Shown one piece after another: positions 36,758 through 49,132 of a stretch of DNA of 64,000 nt. Position 1 is the first letter of the stretch. The number at the start of each line of letters is the position of its first letter. The DNA lies in NCBI GenBank assembly GCA_965644295.1, contig CBFFRP010000120.1, forward strand, positions 1 through 64,000, read 5' to 3'. Below the pieces are notes generated by a model that saw nothing but the letters and a program-made list of their open reading frames with translations, did no database searches and was not told the DNA's origin. The stretch is from Paraphysomonas bandaiensis (Eukaryota > Protista > Chrysophyceae). Both the position numbers and the translations under genes were made by a program.

Positions 36758-37134
36758 ATACATACATACATACATACATACATACATACATACATACATA
36801 CATACATACATACATACATACATACATACATACATACATACATACATACATACATACATACATACATACATACATACATACATACATACATACATACATA
36901 CATACATACATACATACATACATACATACATACATACATACATACATACATACATACATACATACATACATACATACATACATACATACATACATACATA
37001 CATACATACATACATACATACATACATACATACATACATACATACATACATACATACATACATACATACATACATACATACATACATACATACATACATA
37101 CATACATACATACATACATACATACATACATACA
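36758..37134. repeat. (ATAC)n microsatellite, ~94 units
   Basis: Perfect tetranucleotide run. Confidence 0.97.
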
Positions 37135-37934
37135 CCTGAAGACGAGAGCATGTCTAGAGCTACAGAGAGACCAGCGGCCAGGACTGACAATAGAGATCAA
37201 GAAGTGGCAATTGAGTATTGGATATCACTTCAATACAAGGCATAAGAGATATGCACAGTATCAGACACCTCCCGATACGCTGCTCTCTCAGATACCATAA
37301 ATAAGACTTCAGAAGCTTTGCAACACAATAGAAGAGAATCAACGAACCTTAACTGCCATAATACATTAATCGGATAGTGTATGTCGTATTGCAGACATGG
37401 TTCGTCGAATCTCCTCCATGTTGTGTTGCAAAGCTTCAATATCGCTTTGAACTTCCTCCATGTTACGATAACAGTTCGGGGATGAGCCGACAATGGTGCT
37501 GAATTCTAAGCCATTAGCATGTCAGTTATCCGCATATGACAGCATCAATTGCAAGTCACTTGTTTGGTATATTACATACATTACATACATTTGTTGTGAA
37601 AGATTTGCTGGGGACAAAGTAGGATTTCGTAGATTATGAATAATTTTTGACATGCTCTTTTTTGTATCTGTAGGATGAGAGGTGAAATTACTTCGTAAAA
37701 ATTACAACTTTTGAAAATTGTCGCATTGTGCTGTATAATATGTGTCCTTAATATATACAACGACTCATACGTAGAATGGATCTATATACTATATAGTATA
37801 TATGAGCTGTTGATGAACGTGCTATTCCGCTCTGAAAACGATAGTGCTATACATCTATACATCATGAATCATGACAATGTTGATTCTTTAATCGGCACAA
37901 GATCTTTAATAACTATCACAGTGGTGTTTACAGC

Positions 37935-38405
37935 AGCTATATTGAAAGTCTTATTATTAGCAAAATAGGTGTTAAAAATCTGCATCAACTTAGTAGCTAG
38001 ATGAATGCTAGACAAACTAGTTAGACCTCTACCTGTAACTAATCAGTACACACTTTTTTTACCCTACTATTTAACGCTACGGAAGCTGCTTGTGCGTCGC
38101 CGCAAGCACCAAGGTGCAACCACCAACCACTTCCGCTCTGAGTTCTTAAGGTGAACATCCCGGATGCTTGACTTCAGCAGGCAGCCCAATACCCCGGTTA
38201 CCCTTGAGGTGGGCCCATTTCCAGATGCCTGCTTATTCGCCACGGCCCAAAGACGTCTACACAAGTGACACTACTTATTGGTGTCCCTTGTACCACACAA
38301 GCATTCGGCTATGCGTGGGCAGAAGAATATCTGCTGACTATGTTTGCGGCTCACGTTAGTTTCCCAGAGAGAATCTCTCCGGTACTTATCCCCCAGAACA
38401 CCACG
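37935..38405 (+). mobile_element. Dispersed repeat family copy (terminal segment + internal part A)
   Basis: Terminal segment as at 31557 and 57313. The continuation matches 3469-3592. Confidence 0.75.
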
Positions 38406-38503
38406 AAAAGGTGCGAGTCCGACTTTGTTGAGGGGTTTACAGCAGCTGGTAGTAGAGTAACTCTAGCACCGGGTTATTCACGATCTCATATATTATTATT
38501 TTA

Positions 38504-39228
38504 GGGAAGTATTATTCAACCTAGTCAAATGAGTAGAATTACCTAGTCACACTATATTTGGTGGAATAATCTAGTCAAAGTAATAAATGACTCAACCTAG
38601 TCAAATTTGGTATTCAACCTAGCCGTTCTTATATCCACTGATTATACACTGTGACTATATCTTAGATACCATCTCACACCACACAATATATTAGTGGCTT
38701 ACAGTGCATCAAAACAAACATTCAAACATAACAATAAGCTCATATATACATATCTACTTAACACGACGAATCCATTGATGTCAGGTCTGGGAACTGGAAG
38801 AATACGTACGTTCGCCACCCCCAGTACGTGAATGGTATGTGCGTGGATTATCGCGTAGTGACGTCAGTGTCGCTTCTTTATTACCCCTGATGACATCCTT
38901 CTCCGCCCTATGATAGTTGGGTTCGATGCCCATGAAATGAAGGAGGCTGTCGAACATAACCGGACTTGGTCACTAGAAACTGCCCAATTCTCGTTTGATT
39001 GCGATGTATTGCATGTATACAATGGTTGCATTTTTATTAATTGATGGCTAGAGTATGCTCCCATATTTATGTAAAAAGTTTTATTTTCGACTAGGTGAAT
39101 ACCCTAAAACACAAGTCAATTTAGTCATTATAAACTGAAAATACGAATTTTTAAATGAGTAGGTTTCTCAACTACTTGACTAGGTTTTTACACCAATTTT
39201 GGTGTGACTAGGTTGAATAATAAATCCC
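38504..39228. mobile_element. Non-autonomous Mutator-like (MULE) DNA transposon
   Basis: TIRs GGGAAGTATTATTCAACCTAGTCA / TGACTAGGTTGAATAATAAATCCC, subterminal ACCTAGTCA repeats, and a perfect 9-bp TSD ATTATTTTA (38495-38503 and 39229-39237). Confidence 0.85.
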
Positions 39229-39729
39229 ATTATTTTAACGCATGGAGCAGTAAAACTCCGGTACGTATTCAAACATTCAAACAAACTCCAATAAATATGA
39301 TAATCTTTCCTCCCTTGTACACACTCATCAAGTATATTTATCTACCTTGCGCTCTTCGTTAAAGACGTTAGTAGGAGAAAGCGTATGTTCTCACACACAA
39401 GCACACTAATGACTAATGACGAAACAGGTCATGCATACATGCGAAAAGTGATACCACCATTGGCGATAGGTGCTGAAAAATGTGAATTCATATTCGGCAT
39501 CTATCACTCAGAGCAGAGCAGAATAGTAATACATCTAACATATGTCACGATGTTTGTGTCTCGTGTGATATATCAAGGGAGTGCACGCGACTAGTATTAC
39601 GGTATTTTCATCATAAAACAACAACAATATCTCGTACTTTTATTTTATGCATTAAAAATAATGTCAGTATTCTGTGCAACAATAGTATGATGCTTTTGTA
39701 AGCCATTACTATATATACCACAGTATTTA

Positions 39730-42700
39730 CTACTTATGTCCTTTCCTTCTTCTCGACCCCCCAAAAGATCTTTTGCCAGACGCGTGCATTCCTTTACTAC
39801 TATAAGACTTGGACTGCGGTCGACTTGGAGGCCTGCTAATCGGTTTACTGGTCGGTCTAGATGATATATTAGGTTTCTTTTTGCTGGTTTTGTTCGTGCG
39901 TAGCGCCTTAGATGACTTCACCTGAGAGGCAGATGATGCTCTATTATCCACGCCATCGCTATCACTATCATCCTCATCACTGGAATACCTACTACGGCTT
40001 GGCTGTCCAAGCGCTACAACCTGTAGAAATAAAAAATGAACTTCTTCACCTTGCACAGACGAAATGTCTTTAAAATACAGGCTTCAAGAATTTGCACAGA
40101 CTATCGTAATACATAAGAATAAAACGAAAACAATCACCTGATCAATCTCTAATACATCGTCACCAGTGAGAGCATCATCATACACCTCCTTTGATATCTT
40201 GCCCTTTTTGAACTTTTTATACATTGTACTCTCCGCCGCCAGCTCTTCCCACTCTGTCATAATTCTTTTGTGAAGACCTTCTTTTTTCTTGCGTTTCCGC
40301 TTCTCGTCATCCTTACCAATAACTGTAGCTTCTACATGAAATCAACATTAGATTACAGCTCTGAAAAAGGGGTGTAACTAGAATGACAACTTACTAAGTC
40401 GTTACTAAAGAGACAGTTTAATATCGGAGATAAATACCTTTTTTAGCTCTATTATCTTCCCTTGGTCTTTTTTCCCCAGTATATTTCACTTCCGCAATAT
40501 CAACTTTCGAATCAGTTTCCTTGGCGGACAATAGTTCCTCCTGCCGTTTACGCCGAGCCTTCTCTTTCTCTTTGTGCTTATAAGGAATAGTAGACGTGTT
40601 AACACCGCTCTCCTGGAAATCAATTTTCGATTTGAATTTTATCGTTTCGGCAATTTTTGGAAGTTTTAGAAGAGAGTAACTCCTTGCAACGGCACCTGTA
40701 TAACACATTTATATCCAACCAAATACAAACACATTTATATCCAAACACCTGTATAACCAAATACAAATCACTACTACGGTGCATTTAAAAACATAAAACT
40801 GACTGGGTGTAGTGAGAGGCATTTACCTATGTCTAATTGATCAATACGAAATATATAGGAACATAAGTGCTCTTTATATGCCCGTAGGAAACTAATAAAT
40901 GCAGTTGTCCCAGCTTCCAGCAATTCCCTATGCGATGACAATAAAATGCTATACGAATATACAAGTAGCTGCATGTCTCACCTGTCGTGAGCAGCTAAGT
41001 ATTTGATGTCGTTTAAAATGCTATATTTTGCACTCTCTCCCTCATCAATATCACTACCACCAGTAGCATCGGGTTCATTCAATGACTTATCAAGAGTTAA
41101 GGCCTGCAAATCTTCGAGGTCGAGTTCATCCATTGGCACACCACGACCACGCAAGAGCTCGGCGTACGGCCGCTCCTCTTCAGATATAAATATTAATGCA
41201 GCACCTTGTCTGCCTGCCCTAGCTGTTCGCCCAACCCTATTAAATATATCTAAAACAAAGAAGAAGACATAAACAAACACATTCCAATACACTAAGAGAC
41301 ACTTATAGTCCACAACCAACATGTATCCATGTACACATAAATACACACACACTACAAGCAATGTATTGTACTGTATATACCATACCATAGCATAGCATAA
41401 AGGAAATAGATCATTGACATGACTCAGACAGCCAAGGAATGTATCAACAAGAGAATTCAGAAACTCTAGTCCGAAACCTTTGCATCATCACCGCCATGTA
41501 TACATGTACACATAAATATACACACACACTACAAGCAATGTATTGTACTGTATATACCATAACATAGCATAGCATAGCATAGCATAAAGGAAGTAGATCA
41601 TTGACATGACTCAGACAGCCAAGGAATGTATCAACAAGAGAATTCAGAAACTCTAGTCCGAAACCTTTGCATCATCACCGCCATGTATACATGTACACAT
41701 AAATATACACACACACTACAAGCAATGTGTACTGTATATAGCATAACATAACATAGCATAGCATAACATAGCATAAAGGAAATAGATCATTGACATGACT
41801 CAGACAGCCAAGGAATGTATCAACAAGAGAATTCAGAAACTCTAGTCCGAAACCTTTGCATCATCACCGCCATGTGTACATGTACACATAAATATACACA
41901 CACACTACAAGCAATGTATTGTACTGTGTATACCATAACATAGCATAGCATAGCATAAAGGAAATAGATCATTGACATGACTCAGACAGCCAAGGAATGT
42001 ATCAACAAGAGAATTCAGAAACTCTAGTCCGAAACCTTTGCATCATCACCGCCATGTATACATGTACACATAAATATACACACACACTACAAGCAATGTG
42101 TACTGTATATAGCATAACATAACATAGCATAGCATAACATAGCATAAAGGAAATAGATCATTGACATGACTCAGACAGCCAAGGAATGTATCAACAAGAG
42201 AATTCAGAAACTCTAGTCCGAAACCTTTGCATCATCACCGCCATGTATACATGTACACATAAATATACACACACACTACAAGCAATGTATTGTACTGTAT
42301 ATACCATAACATAGCATAGCATAGCATAAAGGAAGTAGATCATTGACATGACTCAGACAGCCAAGGAATGTATCAACAAGAGAATTCAGAAACTCTAGTC
42401 CGAAACCTTTGCATCATCACCGCCATGTGTACATGTACACATAAATACATAAATATACACACACACTACAAGCAATGTATTGTACTGTATATAGCATAGC
42501 ATAACATAGCATAAAGGAAATAGATCATTGACATGACTCAGACAGCCAAGGAATGTATCAACAAGAGAATTCAGAAACTCTAGTCCGAAACCTTTGCATC
42601 ATCACCGCCATGTATACATGTACACATAAATATACACACACACTACAAGCAATGTATTGTACTGTATATAGTATAGCATAGCATAGCATAGCATAAAGAA

Positions 42701-45700
42701 AATAGATCATTGACATGACTCAGACAGCCAAGGAATGTATCAACAAGAGAATTCAGAAACTCTAGTCCGAAACCTTTGCATCATCACCGCCATGTATACA
42801 TGTACACATAAATATACACACACACTACAAGCAATGTATTGTACTGTATATAGCATAACATAGCATAGCATAGCATAAAGAAAATAGATCATTGACATGA
42901 CTCAGACAGCCAAGGAATGTATCAACAAGAGAATTCAGAAACTCTAGTCCGAAACCTTTGCATCATCACCGCCATGTATACATGTACACATAAATATACA
43001 CACACACTACAAGCAATGTATTGTACTGTATATACCATAACAAAGCATAGCATAGCATAAAGGAAGTAGATCATTGACATGACTCAGACAGCCAAGGAAT
43101 GTATCAACAAGAGAATTCAGAAACTCTAGTCCGAAACCTTTGCATCATCACCGCCATGTATACATGTACATATAAATATACACACACACTACAAGCAATG
43201 TATTGTACTGTATATAGCATAACATAGCATAGCATAGCATAGCATAAAGGAAGTAGATCATTGACATGACTCAGACAGCCAAGGAATGTATCAACAAGAG
43301 AATTCAGAAACTCTAGTCCGAAACCTTTGCATCATCACCGCCATGTATACATGTACACATAAATATACACACACACTACAAGCAATGTATTGTACTGTAT
43401 ATACCATAACATAGCATAGCATAGCATAAAGGAAATAGATCATTGACATGACTCAGACAGCCAAGGAATGTATCAACAAGAGAATTCAGAAACTCTAGTC
43501 CGAAACCTTTGCATCATCACCGCCATGTATACATGTACATATAAATATACACACACACTACAAGCAATGTATTGTACTGTATATAGCATAACATAGCATA
43601 GCATAGCATAAAGGAAGTAGATCATTGACATGACTCAGACAGCCAAGGAATGTATCAACAAGAGAATTCAGAAACTCTAGTCCGAAACCTTTGCATCATC
43701 ACCGCCATGTATACATGTACACATAAATATACACACACACTACAAGCAATGTATTGTACTGTATATACCATAACATAGCATAGCATAGCATAAAGGAAAT
43801 AGATCATTGACATGACTCAGACAGCCAAGGAATGTATCAACAAGAGAATTCAGAAACTCTAGTCCGAAACCTTTGCATCATCACCGCCATGTATACATGT
43901 ACATATAAATATACACACACACTACAAGCAATGTATTGTACTGTATATAGCATAACATAGCATAGCATAGCATAAAGGAAGTAGATCATTGACATGACTC
44001 AGACAGCCAAGGAATGTATCAACAAGAGAATTCAGAAACTCTAGTCCGAAACCTTTGCATCATCACCGCCATGTATACATGTACACATAAATATACACAC
44101 ACACTACAAGCAATGTATTGTACTGTATATACCATAACATAGCATAGCATAGCATAAAGGAAATAGATCATTGACATGACTCAGACAGCCAAGGAATGTA
44201 TCAACAAGAGAATTCAGAAACTCTAGTCCGAAACCTTTGCATCATCACCGCCATGTATACATGTACACATAAATATACACACACACTACAAGCAATGTAT
44301 TGTACTGTATATACCATAACATAGCATAGCATAGCATAAAGGAAGTAGATCATTGACATGACTCAGACAGCCAAGGAATGTATCAACAAGAGAATTCAGA
44401 AACTCTAGTCCGAAACCTTTGCATCATCACCGCCATGTATACATGTACACATAAATATACACACACACTACAAGCAATGTATTGTACTGTATATAGCATA
44501 ACATAGCATAGCATAGCATAGCATAAAGGAAGTAGATCATTGACATGACTCAGACAGCCAAGGAATGTATCAACAAGAGAATTCAGAAACTCTAGTCCGA
44601 AACCTTTGCATCATCACCGCCATGTATACATGTACACATAAATATACACACACACTACAAGCAATGTGTACTGTATATAGCATAACATAACATAGCATAG
44701 CATAACATAGCATAAAGGAAATAGATCATTGACATGACTCAGACAGCCAAGGAATGTATCAACAAGAGAATTCAGAAACTCTAGTCCGAAACCTTTGCAT
44801 CATCACCGCCATGTATACATGTACACATAAATATACACACACACTACAAGCAATGTATTGTACTGTATATAGCATAACATAGCATAGCATAGCATAAAGG
44901 AAGTAGATCATTGACATGACTCAGACAGCCAAGGAATGTATCAACAAGAGAATTCAGAAACTCTAGTCCGAAACCTTTGCATCATCACCGCCATGTATAC
45001 ATGTACACATAAATATACACACACACTACAAGCAATGTATTGTACTGTATATAGCATAACATAGCATAGCATAGCATAAAGGAAGTAGATCATTGACATG
45101 ACTCAGACAGCCAAGGAATGTATCAACAAGAGAATTCAGAAACTCTAGTCCGAAACCTTCGCATCATCACCGCCATGTATACATGTACACATAAATATAC
45201 ACACACACTACAAGCAATGTATTGTACTGTATATACCATAACATAGCATAGCATAGCATAGCATAAAGAAAATAGATCATTGACATGACTCAGACAGCCA
45301 AGGAATGTATCAACAAGAGAATTCAGAAACTCTAGTCCGAAACCTTTGCATCATCACCGCCATGTATACATGTACACATAAATATACACACACACTACAA
45401 GCAATGTATTGTACTGTATATACCATAACATAGCATAGCATAGCATAAAGGAAATAGATCATTGACATGACTCAGACAGCCAAGGAATGTATCAACAAGA
45501 GAATTCAGAAACTCTAGTCCGAAACCTTTGCATCATCACCGCCATGTATACATGTACATATAAATATACACACACACTACAAGCAATGTATTGTACTGTA
45601 TATACCATAACATAGCATAGCATAGCATAAAGAAAATAGATCATTGACATGACTCAGACAGCCAAGGAATGTATCAACAAGAGAATTCAGAAACTCTAGT

Positions 45701-48700
45701 CCGAAACCTTTGCATCATCACCGCCATGTATACATGTACACATAAATATACACACACACTACAAGCAATGTATTGTACTGTATATACCATAACATAGCAT
45801 AGCATAGCATAAAGGAAATAGATCATTGACATGACTCAGACAGCCAAGGAATGTATCAACAAGAGAATTCAGAAACTCTAGTCCGAAACCTTTGCATCAT
45901 CACCGCCATGTATACATGTACACATAAATATACACACACACTACAATCAATGTATTGTACTGTATATACCATAACGTAGCATAGCATAGCATAAAGGAAA
46001 TAGATCATTGACATGACTCAGACAGCCAAGGAATGTATCAACAAGAGAATTCAGAAACTCTAGTCCGAAACCTTTGCATCATCACCGCCATGTATACATG
46101 TACATATAAATATACACACACACTACAAGCAATGTATTGTACTGTATATACCATACCATAGCATAGCATAAAGGAAATAGATCATTGACATGACTCAGAC
46201 AGCCAAGGAATGTATCAACAAGAGAATTCAGAAACTCTAGTCCGAAACCTTCGCATCATCACCGCCATGTATACATGTACACATAAATATACACACACAC
46301 TACAAGCAATGTATTGTACTGTATATAGCATAACATAGCATAGCATAGCATAAAGGAAGTAGATCATTGACATGACTCAGACAGCCAAGGAATGTATCAA
46401 CAAGAGAATTCAGAAACTCTAGTCCGAAACCTTCGCATCATCACCGCCATGTATACATGTACACATAAATATACACACACACTACAAGCAATGTATTGTA
46501 CTGTATATAGCATAACATAGCATAGCATAGCATAAAGGAAGTAGATCATTGACATGACTCAGACAGCCAAGGAATGTATCAACAAGAGAATTCAGAAACT
46601 CTAGTCCGAAAATCACCGCCATGTATACATGTACACATAAATATACACACACACTACAAGCAATGTATTGTACTGTATATAGCATAACATAACATAGCAT
46701 AACATAGCATAGCATAAAGGAAATAGATCATTGACATGACTCAGACAGCCAAGGAATGTATCAACAAGAGAATTCAGAAACTCTAGTCCGAAACCTTTGC
46801 ATCATCACCGCCATGTATACATGTACACATAAATATACACACACACTACAAGCAATGTATTGTACTGTATATACCATAACATAGCATAGCATAGCATAAA
46901 GGAAGTAGATCATTGACATGACTCAGACAGCCAAGGAATGTATCAACAAGAGAATTCAGAAACTCTAGTCCGAAACCTTTGCATCATCACCGCCATGTAT
47001 ACATGTACACATAAATATACACACACACTACAAGCAATGTATTGTACTGTATATACCATAACATAGCATAGCATAGCATAAAGGAAATAGATCATTGACA
47101 TGACTCAGACAGCCAAGGAATGTATCAACAAGAGAATTCAGAAACTCTAGTCCGAAACCTTTGCATCATCACCGCCATGGACGTATGTACACATAAGCAT
47201 ACGCACTATATGGCGAATTACACACTGTATTATTCAATTTTCGGACAAATACAAACATTCATTGTTAACTAAATAGACAATCACACCATATCGCGTTTAT
47301 ACTAATGCAATAGTTTAATGTATCGCCAAAATATGCTAGAAACTTCGTGTTTATATCATTTGACACATATATTGGTATCAAATACTAGACACAGAGGTAC
47401 TTGGTTTACTGTATTGTGAGGTGCGTTGTGCTATTTGTGTACCTGTGAACGAAAAATGACGGGTCTTTAGGTGCGGTAAGTTGTACTATCCAATCGACAT
47501 CTGGAATGTCAATTCCTCTGGCAGCAACATCAGTGCAAAACATGACTCCCCCAGATGATGTATGCGCTACAAATTTAGAGTAGAGTGCTTGTCGTTTCTT
47601 TGGAACCATTTTGCCGTGAAGCCCAACTACAAGCATGTCATCCGGAATAAACATTTTCCTTGAAAATGTCAGATTTGGTGCGCCATCTACGACAACATCT
47701 TCAGCATCCTCGTTTTTCTCTTTCATAAGTCGATTAAGAGCTAATGTGAAAAAGTCAACGCAGGCACATGTAGATACAAAAACGATGATTTTGTCGCCTC
47801 GATTTTTCTGTAGGAAAGTGGCCAACGAGTCTAGCCGCTGGTCGTACGGGCTAACAGTAAAATAGCTTTTCAAAGTGGTAGGTATACTTCGACTTGACGA
47901 TATTTGCGAGTCTACAGGTAAAACACATTAGAGCGTTCAGGTAATAATCACACAGTGCGGCGATATATATGTGCCAACCCATACTTCGCCGTTAGATACG
48001 CAAAATACAACACGCACCTTGGTTAGAGTGCTTCACACTTACGGACACCGTGACGGGATTACGCATGCCAGCAACCGCCAGCTCCCTTAATTCTTGCGTC
48101 TGGGTAGCAGAGAACAGGCCAGTACGCCTCTGCTTTGGAAGCATGGATAGGATCTGCAAAATAGTTCATTGTCAGCTGCTGTCGATTGGATGCGAAAAGT
48201 ATACACAACGATTCGAGAACAACAGGTACACCTGATTTATGGTCTGTCTGAACCCCATATCCAACAGCGTGTCAGCTTCATCCAGTACTAATACCTCCAA
48301 TTCCTTTAGTATCAGACTTTTTGAACGATTCATTGTATCCAACACACGCCCTGGTGTTCCTACAACTACCTAAACGTAATATATTTATATACATACAAGG
48401 TGACGAGATATATACAACAATAGGAGCTAAATAGTATTTTATAACGCAAAGATATCAGAAATAGAGCTTACCTGAGCGCCTTTTCGTTCAAAGGAACTCG
48501 ACGAATCCTCCACATCTGTACCACCAATAAACAAAACACACTGTAGATTACTGTAGTGGTCCGATACTTGTGCAAGAACTCTGTAGATTTGAGTCGCCAG
48601 TTCCCTACGCCAACAACAACAAAATTATATCATAGACGTAAAGAAGTGCACTGTCAGAGCAATTTCCAACAACATGTTATGAATATATAACAATATTGGT

Positions 48701-49132
48701 GTCCGCAATGTGAACAATACCAATAGGCAAATCAGGTTCTACCTTGTTGGTGCAATAACTAGAGCGCCAATTTCATATTTTCGAAATGGGTCAACCCTTC
48801 TCTGAAGAATTTCAAACAATGGAACTCCAAATGCAAGTGTTTTCCCACTACCAGTTGTGGCTTGTACACATACATCCTATATATATATAATTATCATCTA
48901 ATAGACACGTATAATATAATAATACAGTAGTAATAACAACTTAATAAATATTCTGTATTAAAAAGCATGTAAATATTGATAATAAAGTATGAAAGATCAC
49001 CTTATGGGCCATAAATAGAGGTATAACTGCGGCTTGGACAGGTGTGGCCTGTTCAAAACCAAATGACTGTATAGCATTTAAAGCAGATAGCGATAAAGCT
49101 GGTGTAAGTTCAGAGAATTTTGGGGCACTCAT
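39730..49132 (-). CDS. DDX55: DEAD-box RNA helicase DDX55/Spb4 (60S biogenesis), multi-exon
   Basis: Q motif [70 protein letters not shown]|VGRTAR, and the C-terminal [19 protein letters not shown] typical of DDX55. Confidence 0.92.
41417..41499 (-). ncRNA. Box C/D snoRNA, snR78/U52 + U53 (snoR37-like) dual guide; representative 3'-most copy of 32
   Basis: Minus strand reads ACATGGC-G-GTGATGA(C)-tgcaaaggtt-TCGGACTAGAGTTT-CTGA(D')-attctcttgttgataca-TTCCTTGGCTGT-CTGA(D)-GTCATGT. It has a 7-bp terminal stem, and the guides are complementary to the conserved LSU rRNA segments GACUCUAGUCCGA and ACAGCCAAGGGA (rRNA sequences recalled, not in window). Confidence 0.9.
46552..46624 (-). pseudogene. 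snoRNA copy with a 10-nt deletion that destroys box C
   Basis: CCGAAA-ATCACC instead of CCGAAACCTTTGCATCATCACC, so box C changes from TGATGA to TGATTT. Confidence 0.8.
47098..47179 (-). ncRNA. 5'-most copy of the same C/D snoRNA
   Basis: Same core as 41417-41499, bordered by unique intron sequence. Confidence 0.88.

Larger units (their letters stand above)
41321..47200 (-). repeat. Tandem array of 32 units, ~182 bp each (177-189)
   Basis: 32 occurrences of GACTCAGACAGCCAAGG counted between 41421 and 47102. Spacers carry variable (CATAG/CATAA)n and (CA)n. Confidence 0.95.
41237..47442 (-). other. 6.2-kb intron of DDX55 splitting motif VI (CAC AG|G GTT GGG); hosts the snoRNA array
   Basis: GT at 47442-47441 and AG at 41238-41237. 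Splicing restores HRVGRTAR. Confidence 0.9.

Noticed and set aside
36560-37300. Five overlapping long ORFs
   Set aside because: Artefacts of the (ATAC)n microsatellite.
38915-38935. T-arm-like TGGGTTCGATGCCCA (possible tRNA)
   Set aside because: No acceptor stem, D-arm or anticodon arm could be built.
46482-46715. 77-aa ORF within the array
   Set aside because: Opened by the 10-nt deletion in one snoRNA copy; low complexity.
41321-47200. CRISPR-like array or plain centromeric satellite
   Set aside because: Spacers are near-identical rather than unique, there are no cas genes, and the context is a eukaryotic intron. The constant core is explained by C/D boxes and rRNA guides.
48605-48742. 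Possible H/ACA snoRNA in a longer DDX55 intron
   Set aside because: Only one weak hairpin; no convincing H box or second hairpin.
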